The translations under genes and the position numbers were made by a program. A stretch of 63,862 bases of DNA, the filler included, from Squatina squatina (Eukaryota): the NCBI GenBank assembly GCA_031763465.1. It is 4 parts of 3 records of this genome, joined end to end, with 100 filler letters (N's around TTAATTAATTAA, not from the genome) between each part and the next. Parts side by side here need not be neighbours in the genome. Positions count along the whole stretch, not along the records: positions 13,775 to 29,063 come from JARFOE010000056.1; positions 29,164 to 46,811 come from JARFOE010000222.1; 2 more parts are not named here. The stretch is one strand, 5' to 3'. The notes beneath the pieces were generated by a model. It saw nothing but the letters and a program-made list of their open reading frames with translations. It had not been told where the DNA came from and did not search any database. Numbering within the stretch: position 1 is the first letter of the stretch; each line of letters opens with the position of its first letter. Below, one piece after another: positions 27,273 through 39,660 of this stretch.

Positions 27273-28399
27273 AAAGTCATAATGCACTACATATGTCGAG
27301 GAAACTTGTATTCTCACCAAGTCTTCTAATGCACTCAATTGACTGACTAGTTTTCACCAGACTAGTTCTGGAGGAGTTATGAACCTTGAAATGTTGTATG
27401 CTTCACAGCCGTGTAAGTTAATGCCAATTTTTTTGATTATTGATTTGTTCTTTTTCCAAAGTTGGGCTAACTCTACCTGAATTTCACTTCTCGTCTCCTG
27501 GGTGATGTAGGGTAAGAAGCAGAACTTTGATTNNNNNNNNNNNNNNNNNNNNNNNNNNNNNNNNNNNNNNNNNNNNNNNNNNNNNNNNNNNNNNNNNNNN
27601 NNNNNNNNNNNNNNNNNNNNNNNNNNNNNNNNTAATCCTTGTTTATAAACAATACTATTAAATTACAGCACAGTCACGAAAATTAAACAGTCCTTGGAGT
27701 GATTTTGAGGCTTTACTAATTGTGGTTTACTTGCTCATGTATGGTTTACAGTAATGTAATCACATGTTTGATTCAATCTATCTTAGTTGGCCTAGCAACT
27801 GACTGCAACTCTGTCCCACTTGCTCTTTTCCCACTTGCTTCTCTCCTGCATCAAATTAATTTATCTTCATATCTGACTGCCCACCCCTCCTTCTCAGTTC
27901 CTTTATTTGTTTGCTTTTCTGATTATTCAAGTGTTTCTGGGGCAACCAGCAGGTTCTGTAAGATTGAGCTGCTAACATTGATTTGAGGCAGTTCCCACCT
28001 CCATGCATCATTAGACGTTTTTTAAGTTAACACCAGAATGCTATCGGTATAGTGGTGACTATGGAAAAGAAAACTAGTGATGCAACAAGCAATCTCATGA
28101 AGGCAGTTTGTTATTGTAGGCTGCACACATTTGCTTTCTGAATGCTTCATTTCTACCCATGTGTCATCTTTACCATATTTGCTTTCTTCTGTGGCATATT
28201 TATGTTTTGGGTAGCAACTAATTGGATCTGATCCCCAGTAGCGTTGCACTGGCTACCAGTCTTTGGGTGTTGTCTCATGTTCTTGAATAACAGGATAATT
28301 TCCTTCTCTCCTGGCCTGGTGAAGTGCATCGTTTGGTTTGTCATAGTGGATGTAGGGAATTGGGGAAATAGCAATATTAACCAGAATCTTTGCTTGCAG

Positions 28400-28505
28400 A
28401 TGAAGCTTATGGAAGAGATTCGCCCCCTCCGGCTAAGAGAGCACGAGCATCTCCCAGGGAAGGAAAAAACAAACGAAAATCTGCAAAGAATGCACGAGAT
28501 GAAAG
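28400..28505 (+). CDS. NUCKS1: NUCKS1 internal exon
   Basis: TTGCAG| acceptor and |GTAACA donor; 106 nt encoding (D)[34 protein letters not shown](S) vs recalled [36 protein letters not shown]. Confidence 0.9.
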
Positions 28506-29063
28506 GTAACATTTACTGGAACTCCTTCAGTGTCCATGTCTTGGTTTTAAAGGATTATCTTGTGCATTTTTGATAAATTTCTGAAGGCTTGCATCGAGTG
28601 GGTGCGTAGCTTGAAGACTGCCTTTAATTTCTGACTTCAGGTCAGATTCTTTTCAGGTATAGAAAATGTTATACTGTGGTTTGTGGTTTCTTGTTGGGCA
28701 GCAGTGTTGTTATTTGACTCTGACATTGACTCTGCTCTGAGGCACAAGTTTAAATTCAACTCTAGAAAGCAAAAATCAGCGTCTTGGCTGCTTTGCGGGT
28801 TGTGCACCTTTGATCTTAATGGCCGCAAAAGAGGCTATCTTCAAGTTGAATAGGTGGATTACATGAACAAGTAGCAGTTGGGCATTGGTAGTTTGAAACC
28901 CTATTCATGGGTTCATTACCAGAACCAGGGATTCATTTTGTTGTCACAATGCATCACTTGTCAAAGTTGGGAAAAGTTGCAGCTATTTATATCTATCTGT
29001 GCAGTGTACATATGTAAGAAATCTCTTGTATTGGCATATATTCTCATTTATTTGGCAGTGAGG

Positions 29064-29163
29064 NNNNNNNNNNNNNNNNNNNNNNNNNNNNNNNNNNNNN
29101 NNNNNNNTTAATTAATTAANNNNNNNNNNNNNNNNNNNNNNNNNNNNNNNNNNNNNNNNNNNN
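29064..29163. other. Artificial scaffold linker
   Basis: N44 + TTAATTAATTAA (29108-29119) + N44. Confidence 0.97.
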
Positions 29164-30180
29164 AAAACACAAAATCCTCCCACTTCAGGTTTTAATGGAG
29201 GCAGGACGAGGGGTGGGCAACCAATCTGCTCGAGGGAAGCGGATTGGTAATTTAAAATATTACGAGGCTGTCGGCCTACATTTTAACAGTCATTCTATTT
29301 TTCACAGGTAGCTGGGTTTCCCAGACCTCGGGAAACTCGGCAGCTGAAAGAAGGCGAGAAGGGATGAATCCATAAGGTGAATGCCTTTACAGTGCTGCTT
29401 GTGGGCCAGGAGCAGGAGTGCTTCCTCCAGCCCCAAGAAGCTACCCAGTTAACCCCCTAACCCCACAATCTCTCACTCCCCCACTACACCTACTGCTCTT
29501 CTTGGCTGCAGCCTTGTAAGGCTGACTTTCCGTCCGACAGGCCGCCAGCCAGTCAATCGGGCTGCCTGTGGGAAACCAACAGAAAATAATTTAAAGAGGC
29601 CCTGCAGTTTAAAAACTGCAGGACATTCAGACCTCACAATAGCACAGAACTCACCTCTGGGCAAAAGTCCAGGCCATTGTTTGGGCTGAGCAGTGCAGGT
29701 ATCCTGGATTGCCCGAGTATAAAAGAATCATGGCTACTTCCCAGGTAGGATGCAAGCTACCATTGTTCAATATCTGCACATTTAGTGAATTAAATCCCTT
29801 CCTGTTCATGAAATAGATTGCATTTTTAGAGAAGGCCTTTATAGCCACATGAGCGGGATCCAGTCGTTTGAAAGAAGCGGATTGCTTTTTCTCTCTCCGT
29901 CTGCTTTGTTCAGTCCGTGGAAAAGTTAGTAAAATCAAAGATTGCCTGAACAGGGCATCCCTGAACTGCCTTAATGCAATTATGTCATTGCTCATTGACT
30001 GATGTCACCAGAGGTCACTTTGGATGAATAAAAAATTAATTGCAGTTATCACTTTTACAACCACTAACAAGGACAGTGCAGCTGGTGGAAAGAGGCTGCA
30101 GGTCGGATTCCAACAGCTGGAATATCTCAAGTTACTTTATCTCGTGAAATTGCTGGCTTCTCAAACACCATTAAAAAAAT
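29164..30180 (-). mobile_element. Degenerate PIF/Harbinger DNA transposon (HARBI1-like DDE nuclease remnant plus adjacent GC-rich end)
   Basis: Minus-strand remnants QLLESDLQP, VKVITAINF and AHVAIKA..YFMNRKGFNSLNVQI, disrupted by frameshifts and stops. Confidence 0.8.
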
Positions 30181-31927
30181 CCAGATAGACACTGGTTTGG
30201 ATACCTACGGGTTGGATGTTGCCTCCGTACATGATGCCTCACACTCCTGACAATCCAAGTTACCAATCTGATGGAAATGCCTTGTGTTTGATGCAAGAAC
30301 CTGAATCATTCAAGTATCTGTTGAGCTAAACATCCTGCTGGGCAAATTGAATGAGAACCATCCTTGTTGAGGGTTAAACTTATCCACTGGCTGAACCCTG
30401 TGTTTTCCACCATTGTCTCCAAGCTACAGAAACTTGCATATAGTTTTTTGGTTGGCACATCTCTCTTTAGATAGTTAATTAACACTTTGAATCACCAAGA
30501 CCACCATAGTTACATATCTGCTATTCAATGTTGTCAAAAATGTTGATTTGGATGTATGAAATATTGTAAATTGAAAACAAATTTTGCTCAGAAAATACTG
30601 GTAACACCCAAAATGTTACCTCTTTATTTTGAGGAGGTGTGTTCGCTTTCAGATAAATTAATGGCATACAGCAGGAATAAGGAAAACCACAAGTTTCCCT
30701 GTGGTATTAAAATCAACCAGTAACCCAGTATGTGGTTTGGATTAACTTTGAACTCTTCAATTGTATGTGGAGGCAGAGCAAGTGAAGGGCAGTTTTTTTT
30801 TCTGTTTAAGTTTCCCCCAGCCACACAACTTTCAATCAAAGGGGCTGATAAATAACCCTATGCTGCTCTTAATTTGGCTGGTCGGAGGTATGCAAGAATG
30901 CTTCTACTATCTTTCCCCAGATAAATTGAAGTACGATCGTGAATCCTTCAGTCCAGCAGTTTGTGACACAACATAAAGAACCCTCACACTGCAACAACCA
31001 GCAATTTTTGCATCAGAGACAATTTCAGAGGCGCAGTACCTGACTTTACACTGAAGCTCAATTACAGACACTCTTCCTCTCCTTCTCCTCCCCCTCCCCA
31101 CCCACATACAACATTCAGAAGGGTCAGACGGTTCTACACAGTAAAAAGTGTTCTCGCACACACAAGTCATTGTTAGCCTTTTATTTACAAGATTTTANNN
31201 NNNNNNNNNNNNNNNNNNNNNNNNNNNNNNNNNNNNNNNNNNNNNNNNNNNNNNNNNNNNNNNNNNNNNNNNNNNNNNNNNNNNNNNNNNNNNNNNNNNN
31301 NNNNNNNNNNNNNNNNNNNNNNNNNNNNNNNNNNNNNNNNNNNNNNNNNNNNNNNNNNNNNNNNNNNNNNNNNNNNNNNNNNNNNNNNNNNNNNNNNNNN
31401 NNNNNNNNNNNNNNNNNNNNNNNNNNNNNNNNNNNNNNNNNNNNNNNNNNNNNNNNNNNNNNNNNNNNNNNNNNNNNNNNNNNNNNNNNNNNNNNNNNNN
31501 NNNNNNNNNNNNNNNNNNNNNNNNNNNNNNNNNNNNNNNNNNNNNNNNNNNNNNNNNNNNNNNNNNNNNNNNNNNNNNNNNNNNNNNNNNNNNNNNNNNN
31601 NNNNNNNNNNNNNNNNNNNNNNNNNNNNNNNNNNNNNNNNNNNNNNNNNNNNNNNNNNNNNNNNNNNNNNNNNNNNNNNNNNNNNNNNNNNNNNNNNNNN
31701 NNNNNNNNNNNNNNNNNNNNNNNNNNNNNNNNNNNNNNNNNNNNNNNNNNNNNNNNNNNNNNNNNNNNNNNNNNNNNNNNNNNNNNNNNNNNNNNNNNNN
31801 NNNNNNNNNNNNNNNNNNNNNNNNNNNNNNNNNNNNNNNNNNNNNNNNNNNNNNNNNNNNNNNNNNNNNNNNNNNNNNNNNNNNNNNNNNNNNNNNNNNN
31901 NNNNNNNNNNNNNNNNNNNNNNNNNNN

Positions 31928-31979
31928 CAGAGACAGCCTCATAGTCTTCATTATCTATACTGAAGAATCCTTCAGTTCC
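31928..31979 (-). CDS. AGK: Acylglycerol kinase last coding exon (partial, runs into a gap)
   Basis: Long pyrimidine tract + CTCAG|; GTEGFFSIDNEDYEAVS vs recalled human GAGGSFSIDSEEYEAMP. Confidence 0.85.
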
Positions 31980-32552
31980 CTGAGGAGAGAGAAAGAGAGA
32001 AGAAATAATAAATCAGCCATTAAGGTTGGATCCATCTCACTTATGAAAGAAATTAGATGGTTATGGGTAAGTAACCAAATACTCTCCAGAACACAATGGC
32101 AATATCGTCTGTGCATAACAGCCATTCAGGGATGACTAATCCAGATAGAAATTCACCAAAACCCTGACGGTTTTCAATGTCTTTTCTTGGAGATTATAGA
32201 CTATCCTCTGATCGGCTGTTGGGCTATTGTGTAAAGTAAGCCAATATAAATTTGAGCTAAGCAGTGACAGCTGAATATCAAGCTGCAAGTCAATGGAGTG
32301 CGAAAGGCCAAAAGAGTGTGGAGTTCAGCCTTGAGATTGGACAGGATTTTTCCCCATAAAAATTAATACTAGTGTGAAGTGAGTAAGAGGAGTTTAATGC
32401 TATTGGGAGTTCAGGTTAACACTATCCACATTTTCTAAGTGAGACACAGAAGTGCGAGTGCAGGGAACCCTCATGCTGTGTGTAGAATAAAACATGTGGG
32501 CCTTCATGAATCCTCGGTTTTTAAAATACAGAGCTTGAAAGTGAGACCTTAC

Positions 32553-32637
32553 CTGTGGTAGCTGCAGCTTACAGAAACTGGCTTGGAGAGTTTGGCTACC
32601 TTCAGGACACGAGAGTGGATCAGTCAACTTCCGACTC
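32553..32637 (-). CDS. AGK: AGK exon
   Basis: AACAG| and |GTAAGG; 85 nt encoding (G)SRKLTDPLSCPEGSQTLQASFCKLQLPQ; phase fits both neighbours. Confidence 0.85.
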
Positions 32638-34078
32638 CTGTTAATGGTCAAGCAAGAAATCATATGCAATAAACCAAAACACCACCTGATACAGNNNNNN
32701 NNNNNNNNNNNNNNNNNNNNNNNNNNNNNNNNNNNNNNNNNNNNNNNNNNNNNNNNNNNNNNNNNNNNNNNNNNNNNNNNNNNNNNNNNNNNNNNNNNNN
32801 NNNNNNNNNNNNNNNNNNNNNNNNNNNNNNNNNNNNNNNNNNNNNNNNNNNNNNNNNNNNNNNNNNNNNNNNNNNNNNNNNNNNNNNNNNNNNNNNNNNN
32901 NNNNNNNNNNNNNNNNNNNNNNNNNNNNNNNNNNNNNNNNNNNNNNNNNNNNNNNNNNNNNNNNNNNNNNNNNNNNNNNNNNNNNNNNNNNNNNNNNNNN
33001 NNNNNNNNNNNNNNNNNNNNNNNNNNNNNNNNNNNNNNNNNNNNNNNNNNNNNNNNNNNNNNNNNNNNNNNNNNNNNNNNNNNNNNNNNNNNNNNNNNNN
33101 NNNNNNNNNNNNNNNNNNNNNNNNNNNNNNNNNNNNNNNNNNNNNNNNNNNNNNNNNNNNNNNNNNNNNNNNNNNNNNNNNNNNNNNNNNNNNNNNNNNN
33201 NNNNNNNNNNNNNNNNNNNNNNNNNNNNNNNNNNNNNNNNNNNNNNNNNNNNNNNNNNNNNNNNNNNNNNNNNNNNNNNNNNNNNNNNNNNNNNNNNNNN
33301 NNNNNNNNNNNNNNNNNNNNNNNNNNNNNNNNNNNNNNNNNNNNNNNNNNNNNNNNNNNNNNNNNNNNNNNNNNNNNNNNNNNNNNNNNNNNNNNNNNNN
33401 NNNNNNNNNNNNNNNNNNNNNNNNNNNNNNNNNNCAAAGAGAAAAAAGTGAAAACTCAAACCGTAGCTAACTACAAACATTCAGCTACTCTTCATCCAAT
33501 GTCACATTTACACTTGGACATGGAGTTGCAAGCGAGTTGACAACAGCATTCAGGAGGATGTGGCGAATGGAGGATGTTTTACTTTTACTGCTAGCACTCA
33601 GCTCCACTGCTGTCCTTATTTTGTGGGAATATGCACAATAAACTGTGCAAATGCACATCAGCTATTAGAGACATGCTCATGATGTGCATGTAGCAGTACC
33701 TCGGCAGGTGCGGAGAGCCTTTGATTTCCACCTTACAGTCGCCACAGTGATTGGATTTCTCAGACAGGAGAATTGGAACCCAGGCTGATACTTAACATTT
33801 ACACTTGAAACCTTAGGTCAGAGTCCCCACAACCCTCCCCACTCATAGCAGTCAGCACAGACAGAACTGTAAGGCTCTGGATTTAATACAAAGCATTGTT
33901 TTTTTAGAATGCACATCATTTTGTGGAATGTTTAATTAACAGTGTCTGCTCTTGTGTGAATCTGGAGTTGCTGTCAACAGTGGCAAGACAGCAACATTTT
34001 TAACACAAGCTCTTCCAGGAACTGAGCTCTGAGTCAGCAAATTATTTAACAGCTAAACCAGAGACATATGACACTTAC

Positions 34079-34149
34079 CCTATCGCTACAAACTGCCCCT
34101 TGCTGATGGTGTCTGGTTCTATACAAATATTCATGGCATCTTCTGTACG
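34079..34149 (-). CDS. AGK: AGK exon
   Basis: TTTTCTACAG| and |GTAAGT; 71 nt encoding RTEDAMNICIEPDTISKGQFVAI(G); NICIEPDTISKG matches recalled human AGK. Confidence 0.92.
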
Positions 34150-35095
34150 CTGTAGAAAAGTGAAGAGGAGTTTAGCAGGATTTTTCCCCTGTACCCCAGA
34201 GTTGCTTGCTCAGAATTTCAGTGTTAATATTAACCCCTTCACATATTTAACATGCAAGGAAGAATATGACTGGAATGCAAAGCTGAAGTGTACATATTTT
34301 TATTTTAAGAGGACAGTGAAGGAGAAGAAGGGATTCAATGCTTCCAACACATTGAGACCGTGACTGTACAAAGACCACTACAGTTAGTGGAGCTGAAATC
34401 ACACTTTGTACATGATTTCCTCCATGCCCATTTCACATGCAACATACCTGATTCCAGTCAGCTCCCTGGAGAAGGTACTAAAATCAGACGTCAATTGCGT
34501 ATTCCTAAGTAGCAGCACTGACAAAAGAATTAAAGTTCACCATCTGAGAGAATGAGATCCAATGGGCCAAGAGCCTTCTTTAGTGGTATAATTGGGAACC
34601 CAGAAGCAGAACAATGCACACTATTGGAGACTTTGCTTTGTTTATCCCCAAATTTCTTCCCTTTTCCTCCTCTCATTAAAGATGCTGACTCCTTATGTGG
34701 TTCCCATCCTCTGCTGTCTCATCCAAGTGGCCATTCTTCAAGTGTGATTCTAGACAATGGGTGAATACAGGATCAGGTGGAGCCCCCACCCCACCTGAAC
34801 TAATAGCCAACTGAAGTAGTGCAGCCTCACCTTCTGATTTCTTATTTTATGACTGAATGGCTCATTGCCACCCAGTACCCTAAATGAGTCAAATCACAAG
34901 CACACACCTTAGTGTACACCAATGACTTGGTCACTAGTTTGCTCCCCATAGGAATATAATCGCTACCTTTATCCAACCAAATCTCTGAATGTGAAAATAA
35001 TTTATGTTTTTTGTGAAATTACTGTAAACAGGACTAATGAGAGATGTTGTCATTGTCAGCTCCTGGCTGTAGGTATGGACAGTAATTGCTCTCAC

Positions 35096-35193
35096 CTTGA
35101 GGTTTGCCTGCTTGTTGAGTGTGCTGATGGTCACTTCCACTGCTGACTTCTCTACTTCCTCCCAGCGCCCTGGCTCCACTGGCACCTGCACCA
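35096..35193 (-). CDS. AGK: AGK exon
   Basis: CTGACTGCAG| and |GTGAGA; 98 nt encoding VQVPVEPGRWEEVEKSAVEVTISTLNKQANLK vs recalled SQEVSPEVWKDVQLSTIELSITTRNNQLDPT. Confidence 0.8.
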
Positions 35194-35939
35194 CTGCAGT
35201 CAGAAAAGGAAACCCAATGAAAGCTCTGAACACCTTTTCCCAAAGACACATTATTTACAGGCAGAACCAGTTCACCCTCCTCCACACTGTAAATGCCTCA
35301 CTTTTGCCCCAAATTACTATATACGAAATGAACAGGAACTTCCTCTTTCGAAGAACTCTTGGCAAGATTTTTCTTTGCAGCAATTTTCCGCCTCACATTG
35401 GCAACCATTTTTTGTTCAGTTTCTTTTCTTGTTTCATAAACATTCCATCCANNNNNNNNNNTCACGTGCTCGGGTCCAGCCAATCAAGGTAAGGGTATTC
35501 CCATTCAGAGTCAGAAATATTAATACTCTTAAAAAAACTAGCTGAAAAATTCAACTGGTTTTCTTTTTGCCTCTTAAAATTGAAACGTTGACGAGCATTC
35601 CTTTATATATCTGTTTATAATGGATGGAGCTTCCCCACAGCATTGCAAATGTGAACAAGCCCACTAAAGGCCTTCAGTTGTATGCTGGAATGCAGCCATA
35701 ATTAGGTTTCCACTCGGAATGAGTAGGAGTGAATGATGTAGGTGTACAGTCAGAGGGAGAATCCTGTTCACACCAGGAACCAAGGTCCAAGCTCCTGCCA
35801 CCCAATTTCTTGCCGCTCGCTAACCTGAATTCTGCTGGTGGTACTGACCTCACCAGATATAAAATCAACTGTGTCGCGATTAATCAATTGAGCAACAGCT
35901 GAACTGAGACAGGATCAAGAACAGCTCCTGCTGAACCCA

Positions 35940-36840
35940 ATGGACCAGAATTTGCGGTCAGAGGCTTCCTGCGTGCGGATGCCTCCCAACCCTAAATATT
36001 TCTACGAACTTACCTTGGGTCCCTGGAGGTTAGGAGACTTTGGCTTCTGGGCCTCTCTGGTTGCCCATGCGCAGTGGGCCACACATCGTATCCATGTGGG
36101 CGCTTCGCTGACGCAGATAGGATCACGTGCTCGGGTCCAGCCCATCAAGGTAAGGGTATTCCCATTCAGAGNNNNNNNNNNCTCTTAAAAACACTAGCTG
36201 AAAAATTCAGATGGTTTTCTTTTTGCCTCCAAAAATGCACAAGCACTAAAAATAAATGTTTAAAAAATTACGGGCGCCCAATTGTTCATCTAGCGCTAGC
36301 GCTAAATGGGCGCAAAGTGGGCGTTTGGGGTCTAACACCCGTTTTCGGCGCTAATTGTTAAGACGCAAAATTGGTCTCAGGTTAATTCCGGTGCTAAATG
36401 GGTGCTAATGTGGGAGCGCTGGAAACACAGCGCTGGGTGTAAAATGAACTAGATGACGTCATCAGAGGGCGCAGCGCTCAAAATGCCCACCCGCCCATGA
36501 ATTGGTCTCCGTTTTTCACGCGTTAAGCTGGCAGTGACAGCGCCCGTTTCTTTGGGTGCTGACACCTGGACTGGAGGTATTTTTGGGCGCTATTTGAAGC
36601 ACTATGAGACCCCGACATTTTGTTGGCAAAAATCGTCATTTTGACGGCTGATATAGTCTTGGAGGCATTGTGTGGGACTTGGAAAGGCCATGAGGTAGAT
36701 TGTTTTTTTGCCTTTGCCTCACCAATTAACATTGCCAACAATCGGGCTATTCTGCCATGGGGGCTGCACTAGCTGCGCTGGCTTGACATGAGGTAGAGGG
36801 ATTGCTTCCTTTAGGGGCAGAGAGAGATGACGGCACACCN
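35940..36840. mobile_element. CpG-rich MITE/Harbinger-derived element(s) in an AGK intron
   Basis: Starts GGACCAGAATTTGCGGTC; dense GCGCTA/TAGCGC/TGACGTCA motifs like 7244-7550. Confidence 0.5.
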
Positions 36841-37385
36841 NNNNNNNNNNNNNNNNNNNNNNNNNNNNNNNNNNNNNNNNNNNNNNNNNNNNNNNNNNNN
36901 NNNNNNNNNNNNNNNNNNNNNNNNNNNNNNNNNNNNNNNATGCAACAACAATATGCCCTCATTTTGGAATTTTCTGACAGTACCAATTCCTAAAGCCATA
37001 TCTCAAAACAGAACAGCTTGTGTCATAATAGAAAATAGGAGCAAGAGTAGGCCATTCGGCCCTTCGAGCCTGCTCCACTAATCCAGATAAACAAATGTCT
37101 GGGCCACAGTACTGTCTTGTCCACCAGGGCTCAGGTACTAAGGAAAGATGTGAGCAGCAGAATAAATCAGCCACCCGATCATGAGCAGAATATAGTGGCT
37201 GTAGTCATTCTCAGTACCCTACAATAAGGTATTTTAAAGCTATTAAAAAGGTATAAAGCAATACCCAGTCTCAGGTTTTTTTTTAAAAAGTAAGCTTTAA
37301 GATGAAGCAACCATTGTTGAGGTCTGCGCTTTCCACCTTGCTTTGTAATGCATTGCTTACACTTTATTACACTCTCTTCTCTTAC

Positions 37386-37465
37386 TTGGTGAGTTTAGCA
37401 GATGCATCCCTGTATGCTCCCCATCGCAGCCCAGTCACTGCAAACACTGGACGGTCTTTATCACC
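37386..37465 (-). CDS. AGK: AGK exon
   Basis: TATTTCCAG| and |GTAAG; 80 nt encoding GDKDRPVFAVTGLRWGAYRDASAKLT(K) vs recalled [27 protein letters not shown]. Confidence 0.92.
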
Positions 37466-38673
37466 CTGGAAATACAATAGGAGGAATTACATTCAGAACT
37501 TGAATTGCACAGATGAACTAANNNNNNNNNNNNNNNNNNNNNNNNNNNNNNNNNNNNNNNNNNNNNNNNNNNNNNNNNNNNNNNNNNNNNNNNNNNNNNN
37601 NNNNNNNNNNNNNNNNNNNNNAATTAAAGTTAAATTGCAAGAATAGGATAAATGGATGTTTATTCAAACTACTAAAAGGCAAATTTACAGTGATGTCAGG
37701 AAATTCTTCCTTACACAAAATATGATCAATGTTTGGAATAGTGGCTGAATCCTGGCTGAATCGTGAAATCAAAAATATTGGAATTTTGTATGTTACAATT
37801 GGATGTTAAAATTCAGGGAATTTTGACTCCTACCGGATGGATGAACTAAGTTAGGCCGAATGGCTTTCCTCATACGTAACTATCTTGTGATCCGATGGGA
37901 TTGTTTGAGATGGTCGATACTAACATTGGATATTATATTATAGCCACAGTGAGTCACCCAACAAGCTCTGGATGAGCACTGTTCAGGTACTGGTCATTGG
38001 AGTTTTAACAATGGGAAAGATCTCCCTGGGCAGTGCTGAAGCAATGACAGTTCTAACAAAACTGGCAACACATCATGGGAAGTAAAAAGGATATTAATAT
38101 TTTTTCTAATGCTCTAAATAACTGAGGAAAAGGAGGAAGGTTTTGGAAAGAGGAGGAAATAGTAAACAAATAAATAAAGTAGTTGCATCTTCAGTAAATA
38201 CTGCAATTAAACTGTAGGCTGCAGGAACCATAATATTTTATAATTTATATAACAAAATAAGAGGTTTGGGCAGAGAAGAACAAAGTTATTTGCATCTTGT
38301 GCAAGTTTTATAAAGTGATTCTTAATAGCATCCTAAAAATTGTCTTTGTGATCTATATTTTTTATATCCATTAAATGTGCACTATTTGTACCCCACATTG
38401 ATCGTGGAATATGTTGCTTCAGTAAATTTTCTGCATTACAGCAATGGGCATGTCACTGCTGCGAATAGACTGCTGCTGCGAGATCACAGTAAACATCAGA
38501 ATACTCACTCCAGAACCTGGACTGCCCATTCACAATGCCATGGGCGATCGATCAGTGTTTGTTAAGTTACCTTAAATGAAGGGATAAACTTCTGGGTAAT
38601 TCTGGCTACCGGAGCTTATTCTGTAAGGCTACAACAAGTACGAGTAATTGCTGAAAAATACTTCACTTCTTAC

Positions 38674-38743
38674 CTTTATTTCCAGTATGTCCAAGGGAAC
38701 AGTCTCTCCTTTCACAATAGCAAGTGTGGCATTTAAAATGTGT
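38674..38743 (-). CDS. AGK: AGK exon
   Basis: TGTTGCAG| and |GTAAGA; 70 nt encoding HILNATLAIVKGETVPLDILEIK vs recalled HITDATLAIVKGETVPLDVLQIK. Confidence 0.93.
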
Positions 38744-38849
38744 CTGCAACACCAACAGTGACAAATGTGAACAGGGTGCAGCGGAGGCTGGAGCTCAACT
38801 GCAGCAATTAAAAGGCAATTTTCAGCATCATGCATTGCAAAAAAAAGAT

Positions 38850-39255
38850 CTGATGGCTTATTTGGTTAATGCAGCATCAGTGTGAAACAAAACCACACAG
38901 GTCAGGAACGATTCTGGTTTAATCCCCTAACTGCGTTCAGCTAGCTGATCTCAGCCAGGACAATGGCAGGGGTTTATAATTGGCCATAGTGTCCAAGGAG
39001 GGAAAGGGGAGATGGCGAAGGAAAAAAAGGTATCCAGAGTGCCCCCTCCAGATTGCTACCTAATGACTCCTGCTAAAAATATGGGCATCAGGTAAGAAAG
39101 AATTATTCTCAGCTATAATGCTGCCCACATCATAGTAACTTGTTAATACAATGTCTAGCTCACTCATGAAATGTGAACCCTTGATGAGCTACTGGAGAGT
39201 GGCTGGTGCTCAAGAACCCATACCATGAGCCAGTGTCTTCATGAGAGGGGGGAAA
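38850..39255 (+). mobile_element. Ancient tRNA-derived SINE (LF-SINE-like), degenerate
   Basis: GGTTTAATCCC B-box-like motif followed by GCTAGCTGATCTCAGCCAGG..AATTGGCC; family assignment from memory. Confidence 0.4.
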
Positions 39256-39362
39256 ATTGGAAGAGGGAAGAAATTAATTTTCAAATCATTTGCAATACAG
39301 CTGAAAGGATCTTTTACATATCGGCTAAATTACTGCGCTCAGTTTGTCCTTGTGCTCGTTTC

Positions 39363-39660
39363 ATAAGAACATAACATAACAAATTGTAACAGGAGTAGGC
39401 CATTCGGCCCCTCGAGCCTGCTTCGCTATTCAGTAAGATCATGGCTGATCTTCTATCTCAACTCCACTTTCCTGCACTATCCTCATATCCCACGATTCCC
39501 TTAATATCCAAAAATCTATCGACTTCTGTCTTGAATATATTCAACGACTGAGCCTCCACAGCTCTCTGGGGTAGAGAATTCCAAAGATTCACCATCCTCC
39601 GAGTGACTAAATTCCTCATCTCAGGCCTAAATGGCCGACCCTTTATTCTGAGCCTGTGAC
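39363..39660 (-). mobile_element. CR1 LINE 3' end
   Basis: CATAAGAACATAA tail, GGAGTAGGCCATTCGGCCCCTCGAGCCTG, and minus-strand VNLWNSLPQRAVEAQSLNIFKTEVDRFL. Confidence 0.9.

Noticed and set aside
4574-28505. Calling the contactin CNTN2 because human CNTN2 lies near PM20D1/RAB29/NUCKS1
   Set aside because: An artificial linker separates the scaffolds, and all four exons match recalled CNTN1 better.
31148-33540. ORFs of 256-345 aa
   Set aside because: They are mostly N-gap read-through; the real coding parts are short AGK exons.
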